From the IMG/VR virus record IMGVR_UViG_3300008970_000004: a DNA stretch of 35,624 nt; one strand, written 5' to 3'. Source of the stretch: a virus. The translations under genes were made by a program, and so were the position numbers. Shown in pieces: positions 17,394 to 25,244 of this stretch; within the stretch, counting starts at the first letter, position 1; each line of letters opens with the position of its first letter. The notes under the pieces are model-generated. The model worked only from the letters and a program-made list of their open reading frames with translations. It had not been told where the DNA came from and ran no database searches.

Positions 17394-19085
17394 TTATTCA
17401 CCACCCATGTTCATTAATATTTCAAAATCCGCTTGATACATCGATTTAACTGCATATGCAATCATCATGCTAACCGCTCCATCTATTCTGTTGGATGATG
17501 ACTGTACTTTTACAGGCATAATCAACCCCGAATTGTTTGTTTTCACTGCTACGTTCTTCAAATTCCACTTAGTCAATTCATTATCTTGATAGTTAATGAG
17601 GTGATCTTTGAAGTCTGCTCCTAAGGATCTCATCGGATTACTCATCACTGGATAATCCATTCTGATTTTTTCAGTAACGCCTTGACCAAATTTGTACTCT
17701 AAATCTTTAATGAGCCCTTTCGCATTCCATTGGTCATAACCAAACTTGAATGGTTTAAGTCTATATTTTTCATAAAGTTCCCAATACCATTGTGTGATTG
17801 CTTCATAAGTTACTTCGTTACCAGGAAGAATTCTAACCAATCCTTTTTGAGCTAGATAATGATAATCTTTTCTTTCAAGGTTGGTGTTGTTTTCACTATT
17901 GGCTTTCGATTCAGGTATGAAATACATGACCGCAAAGAACTTCTTTTGCCCTCTTTGAATGAGTGCTGATGCAGATGTTAAGTCTGTTGTTTCAGATAAG
18001 TCAATTCCACCAATATAGTATCCTTCTTTAAAATCTTCAAAATTGAATGTTTCAGCATTTTCAATCTCATTGTGCATCAGCCATGCAATTGCTTTGTTTT
18101 GTTTAAGATTGAAATCCTTACAGAGAATGAATGCCCGATCTTCTCTGGATGTTCTAGCTTTTTCAACATTATCCTGAAGATATTCCCATTGTTTGATAAC
18201 TCCCATCGATGGATTTGATTTCCACCAACTGTCACGGTCACTCCAAATTTCGTTTTCAGAGTCTTGAGTGTATAACCAAGGTAGAAGTGATTCATCATCA
18301 ATCTCTTTGTTTAAAACCTTTCTAGCATACGTTAAACGCTTATCTAGATAACCTTCATCAACGATGCCTTCAGTAGTAATTTCAAATACAAGTGGATCTT
18401 CAACAACTGAAGCTGATTGCCAGATTGACATGAAGATTGTGTTATCACGCATCTCATGGACTTCATCGATGATTGCTTTTGTGATGTTACGTCCTTCTTT
18501 GTTTTTTTGTCGTTCTGATATCTTGAATACTCTAGAACGGTTCTTTATGTTTTTAAGACCTTTTTTATTCCGGTGAGTATGTTTTCCATCTGGATCGATA
18601 GCTTCTCTCATGCTGTCAATTTCTTGGAATACAAGGTCAGCCTGTGCATCATCGTTTGATGAACAACAGATATCCTGCCCACCACGTCCAATAAACAAAT
18701 CAGTGTTGCAATCTGCTGCAGATAGTGTTGTCTTTCCATTCTTACGTGCGATTAATAGAAGGATCTGTTTATACTTTCTGAGTCCGTTAGGTTTCTTAAA
18801 ACTGTAAATGACTTCGAGTAACGCTCGTTCCCATTTCATCAGTTTTAATGGTTTTCCATAAAAGCGATTCTTAGATTGCTTGCACAATGTTTCAGTAAAC
18901 TCAATTCTGACATGCGCATCAGAAGGATCATAAGCATATAGATTCAAATCGTTATAGCAATTCTGAAGTATTCTTCTAATTTCTTGGCCAACTTTCCAGC
19001 CTTCATTAAAAACTTTATTGTAATAATCAAGGAAATATGAATGAACACCATTAATTTTTGTGTTCTTTAAATCGATCTTATTCAT
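17394..19085 (-). CDS. terL: Terminase large subunit
   Basis: 563 aa. Walker A-like LLIARKNGKTTLSAA. Walker B/nuclease-type acidic motifs (IIDEVHE, GGIDLSETTD). Lies upstream of the portal gene. Confidence 0.85.
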   Translation of the reverse strand: MNKIDLKNTKINGVHSYFLDYYNKVFNEGWKVGQEIRRILQNCYNDLNLYAYDPSDAHVRIEFTETLCKQSKNRFYGKPLKLMKWERALLEVIYSFKKPNGLRKYKQILLLIARKNGKTTLSAADCNTDLFIGRGGQDICCSSNDDAQADLVFQEIDSMREAIDPDGKHTHRNKKGLKNIKNRSRVFKISERQKNKEGRNITKAIIDEVHEMRDNTIFMSIWQSASVVEDPLVFEITTEGIVDEGYLDKRLTYARKVLNKEIDDESLLPWLYTQDSENEIWSDRDSWWKSNPSMGVIKQWEYLQDNVEKARTSREDRAFILCKDFNLKQNKAIAWLMHNEIENAETFNFEDFKEGYYIGGIDLSETTDLTSASALIQRGQKKFFAVMYFIPESKANSENNTNLERKDYHYLAQKGLVRILPGNEVTYEAITQWYWELYEKYRLKPFKFGYDQWNAKGLIKDLEYKFGQGVTEKIRMDYPVMSNPMRSLGADFKDHLINYQDNELTKWNLKNVAVKTNNSGLIMPVKVQSSSNRIDGAVSMMIAYAVKSMYQADFEILMNMGGE

Positions 19086-19404
19086 CAGCTATTTGATGCT
19101 TTTTCTTGAATCCATCAATAGAATCACCACTGTCTGGATCTAAAGCGTTATTCCCCAAGAGTTTGTTCAAAACGATTATCTGATTTGCATATACCTGTTT
19201 CAACTTGGTAACAACTTTTGCAGCTTCAGATATTTTTTGTTTAGTTGGATCTGTTTTATGTACAATAACTAATGGCAAACCACTGATTTTTTCAATTTGT
19301 TTCTTTGTATCAATGAAGTCTTCGATAAAATCATGATTCAAATCAAACACATCAACTTTATCTTTATTCACAAATAATGTTTTGTAGTAATCAATATCCT
19401 TCAT
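19078..19404 (-). CDS. Putative terminase small subunit (positional call)
   Basis: 108 aa, overlapping the terL start by 8 nt. No motif recognized by eye. Confidence 0.4.
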   Translation of the reverse strand: MKDIDYYKTLFVNKDKVDVFDLNHDFIEDFIDTKKQIEKISGLPLVIVHKTDPTKQKISEAAKVVTKLKQVYANQIIVLNKLLGNNALDPDSGDSIDGFKKKHQIADE

Positions 19405-19519
19405 ATTGTGCTCCTTTGATTAACTTTTTGAACCTCCGACTTTTTTCGATTCAACAAAGTTTTTGAATTTCAGATTTTTCCAAATTTTCAGTGGCGAGTG
19501 AAGTTATCTTGCTGAGGGG

Positions 19520-20221
19520 CTAACACGAGTCCTCATTTTTCAATTCAATAGGGGGGGTATACGTATCAAACCATTTGTTAATGTATGATTTCCAATCTTC
19601 TTTATACCGTTTACGATAATCATCCACTGATTCTAAACGGTTTAAGCACTCTTCCTTGGTTGTTTCTATAAGGATTGCTGCATCAACCTGTAGTTCATCA
19701 ATGATCCTATCCCTATCGAATGTGTTTGGATAACCGCCAATAATCCACGCTGTCTTCCACTGGCCATAACGAGTCTTGATATGATCTAGCAATAAATCCC
19801 TTACACTAAAGAGATTTCGTTTGACTGCTGGTACTTCTTGATATGTTGGCATGAGTGTGATTGCTTCCTGGAGTTTGTCCAAATCCACAACGATATCACT
19901 ATAGCCTTTGTTTTCTTTTACATATGATGTCTTACCGCTTAAAGGTGGACCATACACAAGGATTACTTCTTTGTTGGTTATGAATCGCCCATGCTCTTCA
20001 TTGTGGCATTGGTGACATATAACCTCTACATTATCCTTATTGAATGTCTTGCTGTAATCATTGTAATCGTGCTCTTTAAGATGTTGTATGTGATGCACTT
20101 CTAACTGTGATGTATCAGTAAACACCTTATTGCATCGACTGCATATACCGCCATTCTCAATTATGACAGTCTCTCTGAATGCTCTCCAGGATCTGCTTGT
20201 ATAAAATGTATTCCCTGGCAT
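19520..20221 (-). CDS. HNH endonuclease fused to a P-loop NTPase/kinase-like domain
   Basis: N-terminus: CSRCNK...EVHHIQHLKEH...NVEVICHQCHNEEH (HNH with CxxC pairs). C-terminus: VILVYGPPLSGKTSYV (Walker A) and a kinase-like remainder. Lies next to the terminase genes. Confidence 0.8.
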   Translation of the reverse strand: MPGNTFYTSRSWRAFRETVIIENGGICSRCNKVFTDTSQLEVHHIQHLKEHDYNDYSKTFNKDNVEVICHQCHNEEHGRFITNKEVILVYGPPLSGKTSYVKENKGYSDIVVDLDKLQEAITLMPTYQEVPAVKRNLFSVRDLLLDHIKTRYGQWKTAWIIGGYPNTFDRDRIIDELQVDAAILIETTKEECLNRLESVDDYRKRYKEDWKSYINKWFDTYTPPIELKNEDSC

Positions 20222-20709
20222 TAGAAGTCATTATCCTCTTTGAATTTTTGTATTTCCTTCTCAAGTTTCAGCTTCTTTTCCTTAAGAATATGATCTAATG
20301 GTTGGTCCATGAATGGTTCCTTGAGATTTCTACTGTAGTTTTTAAGAAGCTTCCATATAGCTGATTCAGAAGGTGGATACTTCTTGTGAACTCTTTTTTT
20401 CATGATTTTCATCTCATGATTTTCATCTATGACATCGCTCTCTGTAATTTCAGCATCTATCTCCTGATATCCAAAAGCAAGCTTCTCAAGAGTTTGAACT
20501 AAACGTGGAACTAGTAACTGTCCTTTATATTTCCTAGCTTCAAAAATAGTAGATGATAAGATGCCGTATTCTCTCTTGTACTTAATCCATGAGTTTTTGG
20601 AGATCTGCAGACGTGTATAAATATCCTTTTCGGTAGCACCCTCGTAAATTATCCAGTTGCGTATTTCATCAAGTCGAATTCGCACTTGATTCCATTTAGA
20701 GTCTGCCAT
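20221..20709 (-). CDS. HTH DNA-binding protein, first gene after the ORF-free gap (packaging-associated or late regulator)
   Basis: 162 aa. HTH-like GATEKDIYTRLQISKNSWIKYKREYG. RBS AAGGTGA. The stop overlaps the HNH gene start. Confidence 0.6.
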   Translation of the reverse strand: MADSKWNQVRIRLDEIRNWIIYEGATEKDIYTRLQISKNSWIKYKREYGILSSTIFEARKYKGQLLVPRLVQTLEKLAFGYQEIDAEITESDVIDENHEMKIMKKRVHKKYPPSESAIWKLLKNYSRNLKEPFMDQPLDHILKEKKLKLEKEIQKFKEDNDF

Positions 20710-20818
20710 TCTATCACCTTTATTGCTGTTTCATAAGTTCACACATTTCATATGTTTAAACGGTTACCTAAAATTTGTGAAAAAAAATAAATAACCGTCA
20801 TTTTTGCTCTTTATTATT

Positions 20819-20927
20819 GATGATACCTATTTTTTAGGACCTAGACTAATCAATATTTGGGGGAAATATGGATACAGTACCAGAGCAAGGAAACTGTAGC
20901 ACTAAGTCCTAAAAAATAGGTATCATC
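20819..20927 (-). ncRNA. Candidate structured RNA: 22-bp perfect closing stem enclosing two hairpins. The strand is inferred, not shown.
   Basis: gatgatacctattttttaggac (20819..20840) is the exact reverse complement of 20906..20927. Inner hairpins are tacagt/actgta (20873..20878 with 20893..20898, 14-nt loop) and atattt/aaatat (20853..20858 with 20864..20869, 5-nt G5/C5 loop). The region has no ORF of 60 aa or more. Confidence 0.45.
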
Positions 20928-21013
20928 TTACGTCTTTAGGCTACTTAATAAAAATATCTTAGTCAATACCAAAACTTCATGTTGCAAAAAAGGGAATCAT
21001 CCACGTAGTGAGG

Positions 21014-21043
21014 TATAAAAAAAGATAAGCTGTGCTCATCTTT
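21014..21043 (-). terminator. Rho-independent terminator after the PcfJ-like gene
   Basis: The minus strand reads AAAGATGAGC-ACA-GCTTATCTTT (10-bp stem with one G-U pair) followed by TTTTTAT. It starts 11 nt after the TAA at 21055..21057. Confidence 0.7.
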
Positions 21044-21054
21044 AGTTTGTAAAA

Positions 21055-22608
21055 TTATGCTATTGCCATCATGGTTTTATCACTGATCTGATCTGTGTGA
21101 CTGTTGATGTATTCAGTGAAGTATTCAGCAACTTTAGCAGGATCTTGATTGTTTGTACTCCTGCACTGTGTGACTTTGCCATTTCTTATTTCGACTGTAT
21201 AGAATGGTTTGTCGATGTATTTCTTTTTCCTAACGAATAGAACAGCCGTTTCTTTTCTAGCGATTCGATCTACATATTGAAACACACAATGGTTTAATGT
21301 TTTCCCTTCAACGTATAAATCATCTGCGGATTTTGGTGCAATCAATATGTAGTCGTCACCAATTTCCAGCTGTAAATGTTTATTGGACTGCCACACAAGT
21401 TCAAGGAATCTTTTCTTTTCTTCCTCTCGCTTTTTTCTTTCTTCTTCCGCCTTTTCTTTGCGTTTTTGTTCATTAATTCCCTCCAAGTGGAGTTCCCTTG
21501 CTTCTTCTCTATAACGAGGATCTCTTTCATCATCCGGAAGTAACTTCTGCCAATTCATCAACATAACTTTGTATTCTGTTGTTGACCACTTGAACTCCAT
21601 AATGAGTAAAATTTCTTTAAACTCTTCAACCAGATCTTCAGGAAATACATATTTGTCTCTTGATAAATCTAATCCAAGTTTATTGATGTATCCTATGTAA
21701 TACCTGTAGACACTTAGAAATGTTGTTCCAAATACTGTTTGCGTGGATTTTCTACCCTTGATGTACTGAATAAATTTGGTTTTACTAATTTGCGGATGTT
21801 CAGAAAGGAATGGAATCCAAAACTCTTCATAGCCATAATCTACAAACATGAATTCAGGATTTTCAAATCCTTTGGCATGCAACTTAACGATTCTATTATA
21901 ATGATATAGCCCTTTTCCTCGTAAACGAAAGAAATCCTGATGCTGCTTAAATAGTTTTAGATCGATATTATCGTAGCTTGACATCAATTCCGTTGCAAGT
22001 TTTGTATAACCTGACTTGATTAGCATTTCTATTTGCCATAGATGTTCACGTTCAAATCTGTTATTAAACAACGTGTACAAGTTCAAATACTCAAGCTTTG
22101 TAAAATCAAGGTATTTAAACTCTGGGATTTCATAAAGGAATTTCAAATCAATTTCAGATGGTTTGTACTCTTGAGTATAGAACACACCATCGGGATTGCT
22201 CGTTTGACCGTAACCAACTCTTGAATTTGACCAAAATGTTACGCCTGTCGATTTCCATGGCGCTGAATTGTATACATGGCATCCACCATCAATTTTATCG
22301 AATATTGCTAAAACCCGCCAAGCTCTCACGATGTAATATTCTCTGCTATTGAGGATAACGGTTTTTAATTCAAAACGTATATTTCTATCCATACTAGGAA
22401 GCTCTTGCATTAAACGATTAACTTCGCTCATCAGTTCGTCATCGTATTCTTTTCCAAACTTATCCGTATTGAATAAATAGTGCCAGTCTTTTTTGTGTGC
22501 ATAATATAAGTTTCTGTTTTCGCGGTAGAAGTTTTCAAGTCTATCCAGTTGATTTATAGTTAACTGTTTAAAGATACTACGATCAATGTTCAGCAAAGAG
22601 CCCATCAT
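21055..22608 (-). CDS. PcfJ-like protein
   Basis: 517 aa. The C-terminal EGKTLNHCVFQYVDRIARKETAVLFVRKK...PFYTVEIRNGKVTQCRSTNN matches my memory of the PcfJ-like domain. It lies beside a PcfK-like gene. Confidence 0.6.
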   Translation of the reverse strand: MMGSLLNIDRSIFKQLTINQLDRLENFYRENRNLYYAHKKDWHYLFNTDKFGKEYDDELMSEVNRLMQELPSMDRNIRFELKTVILNSREYYIVRAWRVLAIFDKIDGGCHVYNSAPWKSTGVTFWSNSRVGYGQTSNPDGVFYTQEYKPSEIDLKFLYEIPEFKYLDFTKLEYLNLYTLFNNRFEREHLWQIEMLIKSGYTKLATELMSSYDNIDLKLFKQHQDFFRLRGKGLYHYNRIVKLHAKGFENPEFMFVDYGYEEFWIPFLSEHPQISKTKFIQYIKGRKSTQTVFGTTFLSVYRYYIGYINKLGLDLSRDKYVFPEDLVEEFKEILLIMEFKWSTTEYKVMLMNWQKLLPDDERDPRYREEARELHLEGINEQKRKEKAEEERKKREEEKKRFLELVWQSNKHLQLEIGDDYILIAPKSADDLYVEGKTLNHCVFQYVDRIARKETAVLFVRKKKYIDKPFYTVEIRNGKVTQCRSTNNQDPAKVAEYFTEYINSHTDQISDKTMMAIA

Positions 22609-23170
22609 TTATCTCCTCATTGTGAATCTTAAACTTCATATCCTGGATAGCTTCAAATTCTTTTTGGATTCTGAGTTTGCGTTCTTCAGGTGTTTCCTTT
22701 ACTTCTGCAGGAAGCACTATCGGTTTAGTATTCTTCTTTGTTGATGTCACTACAACTGGTCCTTCATCTTCGTCTTCATCATTATCACAATCATCATCAC
22801 ATACCACTTCGGATTCTTTGACATCAGCTGCTTTTGATTTTGATTTCTTTGGTTTCTTTTCAGTTGTTTTGGGCTTCATCTCAACATCGATGTTTTCTTT
22901 CGTTTCAACAAAGTAATGGACAGCCCAGCCATATACAACATCATCATCTACATGTGCAACAGATCCTTCTTTATATTCAGGATTGTTTGCTTTAAAATGC
23001 AGATAAGTGGTCAATTCTTTGTAACCCTTATCTTCTGATATCATTCCATTTGCTAACTGATCATCTGATGCAGCTAACTCCTGAAGATGCTTAATGACAG
23101 CACGTGTAATCTTTAATGGAGCCGGAATTGATTCAAATTTTTTAATGATTGATTCTTGTAGTTGATTCAT
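22583..23170 (-). CDS. PcfK-like protein (family that includes anti-CRISPR AcrIIA9) with an acidic/lysine-rich tail
   Basis: 195 aa. ...KGYKELTTYLHFKA...GSVAHVDDDVVYGWAVHYFVETKENIDV resembles the PcfK-like core, followed by KKPKKSKSK and DDDCDNDEDEDE tracts. Good RBS (GGAG, 8 nt before the ATG). Confidence 0.5.
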   Translation of the reverse strand: MNQLQESIIKKFESIPAPLKITRAVIKHLQELAASDDQLANGMISEDKGYKELTTYLHFKANNPEYKEGSVAHVDDDVVYGWAVHYFVETKENIDVEMKPKTTEKKPKKSKSKAADVKESEVVCDDDCDNDEDEDEGPVVVTSTKKNTKPIVLPAEVKETPEERKLRIQKEFEAIQDMKFKIHNEEINDGLFAEH

Positions 23171-23477
23171 TTTTATTTCTCCTTCTAATTTGAATATTGT
23201 ATTTTAATAATGCTTTTTTTACTGTTTTTGATGAAACACCATGTTTTTTTGCAATTGATGATATGGATAATCTTCTATCAATATACATTCCAGACAACTT
23301 ATTTCTATTAATTAATTGCATGAATGTACTTTGTATTTCAATATTCATTTTTCTCAATCTGCGATAAATAGTATCTTTTGAGACATAACTTAATTCAGCA
23401 ATTTTGCTTATACTTATACCATTTTGATACTGATACAAAATTGCTTTATCTCCTAAATCAATTCTTTTGGCTGCCAT
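23142..23477 (-). CDS. DNA-binding protein with two tandem HTH repeats
   Basis: 111 aa. The two halves are alike: ISISKIAELSYVSKDTIYRRLRKMNIEI and LSISSIAKKHGVSSKTVKKALLKYNIQI. Confidence 0.65.
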   Translation of the reverse strand: MAAKRIDLGDKAILYQYQNGISISKIAELSYVSKDTIYRRLRKMNIEIQSTFMQLINRNKLSGMYIDRRLSISSIAKKHGVSSKTVKKALLKYNIQIRRRNKNESTTRINH

Positions 23478-23485
23478 AAAATCAC

Positions 23486-24295
23486 CTATTGAGAATCATC
23501 GATATTTACAATTTCCGCTAGCTCAAGGATTCTCGTTGTAAGTCTTCTAGTATCAACAGAATCACCATATAGAATCGTTAAATCCTCGATTGAGTAATTG
23601 CTAGTGAATATCGTGAGTTTCTTATATGCAAGTCTATGCTGCAGCAATGGCATTAAAACTTCACTTCTAAACCAGGATGATTTATGTTCAGCTCCAATAT
23701 CATCAATCACAAGAAATTCTCCATCATTGATATATCTTATTCGCTGTTCAATTTCGTTAAATTCCTTTGCTTGTCTTGCAAGACTTGGTGTAAATAGAAA
23801 ACTTCCATGCAACCCTTTGTCAACCAAAGCATTTACGATTGCATTAGCTAAGTAAGTTTTACCAATCTGAAAATCATTGGAATGGATATAGATTCCGTAA
23901 CCTAATTCACCATCAATAATAGCCTTTGCCAACTTATAAGCATTCTTTCTCAAAGGAGTGTTTTTTCTGAACTTATCAAGAGATGCTTCAATATCTCTAC
24001 TGTCTTCACCAAAGCAGTTCACGTATTTAGTACGTTTATTTTTTTGAATTGTTGCTTTGGTTGGTACATAGGTTATCTCTAAATATGGATCTCTTTTGAG
24101 TTGTGGCAAACATCCATCTTTTTCAATCCCTCTTAACTGGAGATATAAGTGGGCTGTTGAGAGATTATGAATAATTGATACATCTATGTCTCTAGTTTCA
24201 GGATCTTCAAGAATTGCTTGTTTCATCTTTTCTAGACTGTCTGTTTCTTCTAGGGACGTATTGATGTTTTTTAATTGATTTTGCAGTTTCTCCAT
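23486..24295 (-). CDS. DnaC/IstB-like AAA+ helicase loader
   Basis: 269 aa. Walker A ...FQIGKTYLANAI, Walker B FLVIDDIGAE. Strong RBS AGGAGGA 5 nt before the ATG at 24295. Confidence 0.75.
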   Translation of the reverse strand: MEKLQNQLKNINTSLEETDSLEKMKQAILEDPETRDIDVSIIHNLSTAHLYLQLRGIEKDGCLPQLKRDPYLEITYVPTKATIQKNKRTKYVNCFGEDSRDIEASLDKFRKNTPLRKNAYKLAKAIIDGELGYGIYIHSNDFQIGKTYLANAIVNALVDKGLHGSFLFTPSLARQAKEFNEIEQRIRYINDGEFLVIDDIGAEHKSSWFRSEVLMPLLQHRLAYKKLTIFTSNYSIEDLTILYGDSVDTRRLTTRILELAEIVNIDDSQ

Positions 24296-24980
24296 CTTTA
24301 TCCTCCTTATTTTTATCTCTTCTATCCCAATTGAGAATAGTTAGATAGTGTGATTGATAAGATCTACCAGAAGAACCCATATACATTGATAAATTCTCAA
24401 CACGTTCTTGGTAATCCTTAAACTTAGATTTTAGTTTTTCAAGTTCTTCATCAGTTAACAAAACATTTTTTAAAGTCCCATATTTATGTTTGATGTTCGA
24501 AACGGGTGATTCTCCTATATTCTTTTCTTCTTTAACTTCTATTAACTTAACTTTACTTAACTTATCTTGGGTTGCCATTTGGTTGCCATCACGTTCTTCT
24601 TCAATAATTCCGCTGAATAAATCGTGTGGTTCTTCGATAAGTTTTAGTGTATATGCCTTGTTTTCTTTCATGTCTAGCATTGCCATTTGATCTTGATATA
24701 CTGTAGGTTTATATCGATCATGGCGAATTAAGTTATGGATTCTCCAATGCTTTATAACGATGACACCATTTTCAAATGCTATGATGAGCTTCTTAGCAAT
24801 TAATAAGAGGTAATCATCTTTTGATGCTTTAACATTTCGCAATATCGATTGAGGGTTTTTAACAAATCCATCATCATCTGCTTTTCCGATTAAATGGAAA
24901 TAGTAATTTTGAGATGATACCGGAAGATCTAAAAACGAATCGCTATCTGTAATTTGGTCTGAAAACATTCTTCTTGCCAT
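24207..24980 (-). CDS. Replication initiator / replisome organizer-like protein
   Basis: 257 aa. The N-terminus MARRMFSDQITDSDSFLDLPVSSQNYYFHLIGKADDDGFV and the C-terminal ...SHYLTILNW are typical of phage replisome organizers. It lies upstream of the loader and contains iterons. The 3' end overlaps the loader gene by 89 nt. Confidence 0.65.
   Translation of the reverse strand: MARRMFSDQITDSDSFLDLPVSSQNYYFHLIGKADDDGFVKNPQSILRNVKASKDDYLLLIAKKLIIAFENGVIVIKHWRIHNLIRHDRYKPTVYQDQMAMLDMKENKAYTLKLIEEPHDLFSGIIEEERDGNQMATQDKLSKVKLIEVKEEKNIGESPVSNIKHKYGTLKNVLLTDEELEKLKSKFKDYQERVENLSMYMGSSGRSYQSHYLTILNWDRRDKNKEDKDGETAKSIKKHQYVPRRNRQSRKDETSNS
24532..24589. repeat. Iteron-like direct repeats inside the initiator gene (candidate ori)
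   Basis: TTAACTT occurs at 24532, 24542, 24547 and 24557. GGTTGCCAT occurs at 24570..24578 and 24581..24589 (11-bp period). Confidence 0.5.
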
Positions 24981-24986
24981 GATTGA

Positions 24987-25244
24987 TTACTCCTTAACCT
25001 CTTTTGAAATATTTTTTAAATCTTCTTCATTAATGACTCGAAAGCCAATATATTTATCTTTTAGTTTTGTGCGGATTTGGTCCAAACAAGATTCTTCATC
25101 AACACCGATGACATATTTAGGTGAGCTATAAAAAACTGCATCGATTGGATTTTCATCCTCTTTAAATTTAATGATTTGTCCGTTGAATAATGTGATACCT
25201 CTTTTTCTTCCTTTTGCCATGAGTCTATAGTCAACTCGTATCAT
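24987..25244 (-). CDS. Hypothetical protein
   Basis: 85-aa ORF, the first gene after intergenic repeat R1. Confidence 0.55.
   Translation of the reverse strand: MIRVDYRLMAKGRKRGITLFNGQIIKFKEDENPIDAVFYSSPKYVIGVDEESCLDQIRTKLKDKYIGFRVINEEDLKNISKEVKE

Noticed and set aside
20868-20912. A plus-strand micro-ORF, MDTVPEQGNCSTKS, preceded by GGGGGA, inside the stem-loop element.
   Set aside because: It is only 14 codons and its ATG is buried in the atattt/aaatat hairpin stem. I found no plus-strand promoter. It is kept only as an alternative, a leader peptide on a plus-strand transcript, to the sRNA interpretation.
20819-20927. The 22-bp inverted repeats as the termini of a miniature transposable element (MITE).
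   Set aside because: I saw no target-site duplication flanking the arms (tt|...|tt only) and no second copy in the window. The interior folds into ordered hairpins and carries the early-leader motif, which argues for a functional element.
24207-24295. The 89-nt out-of-frame overlap between the initiator 3' end and the DnaC-like gene as a sign of frameshifting or a sequencing error.
   Set aside because: The loader start at 24295 has an excellent AGGAGGA SD, and the initiator tail in the overlap is a plausible basic, low-complexity C-terminus. There is no slippery heptamer at the junction. It is probably an ordinary, if long, overlap.
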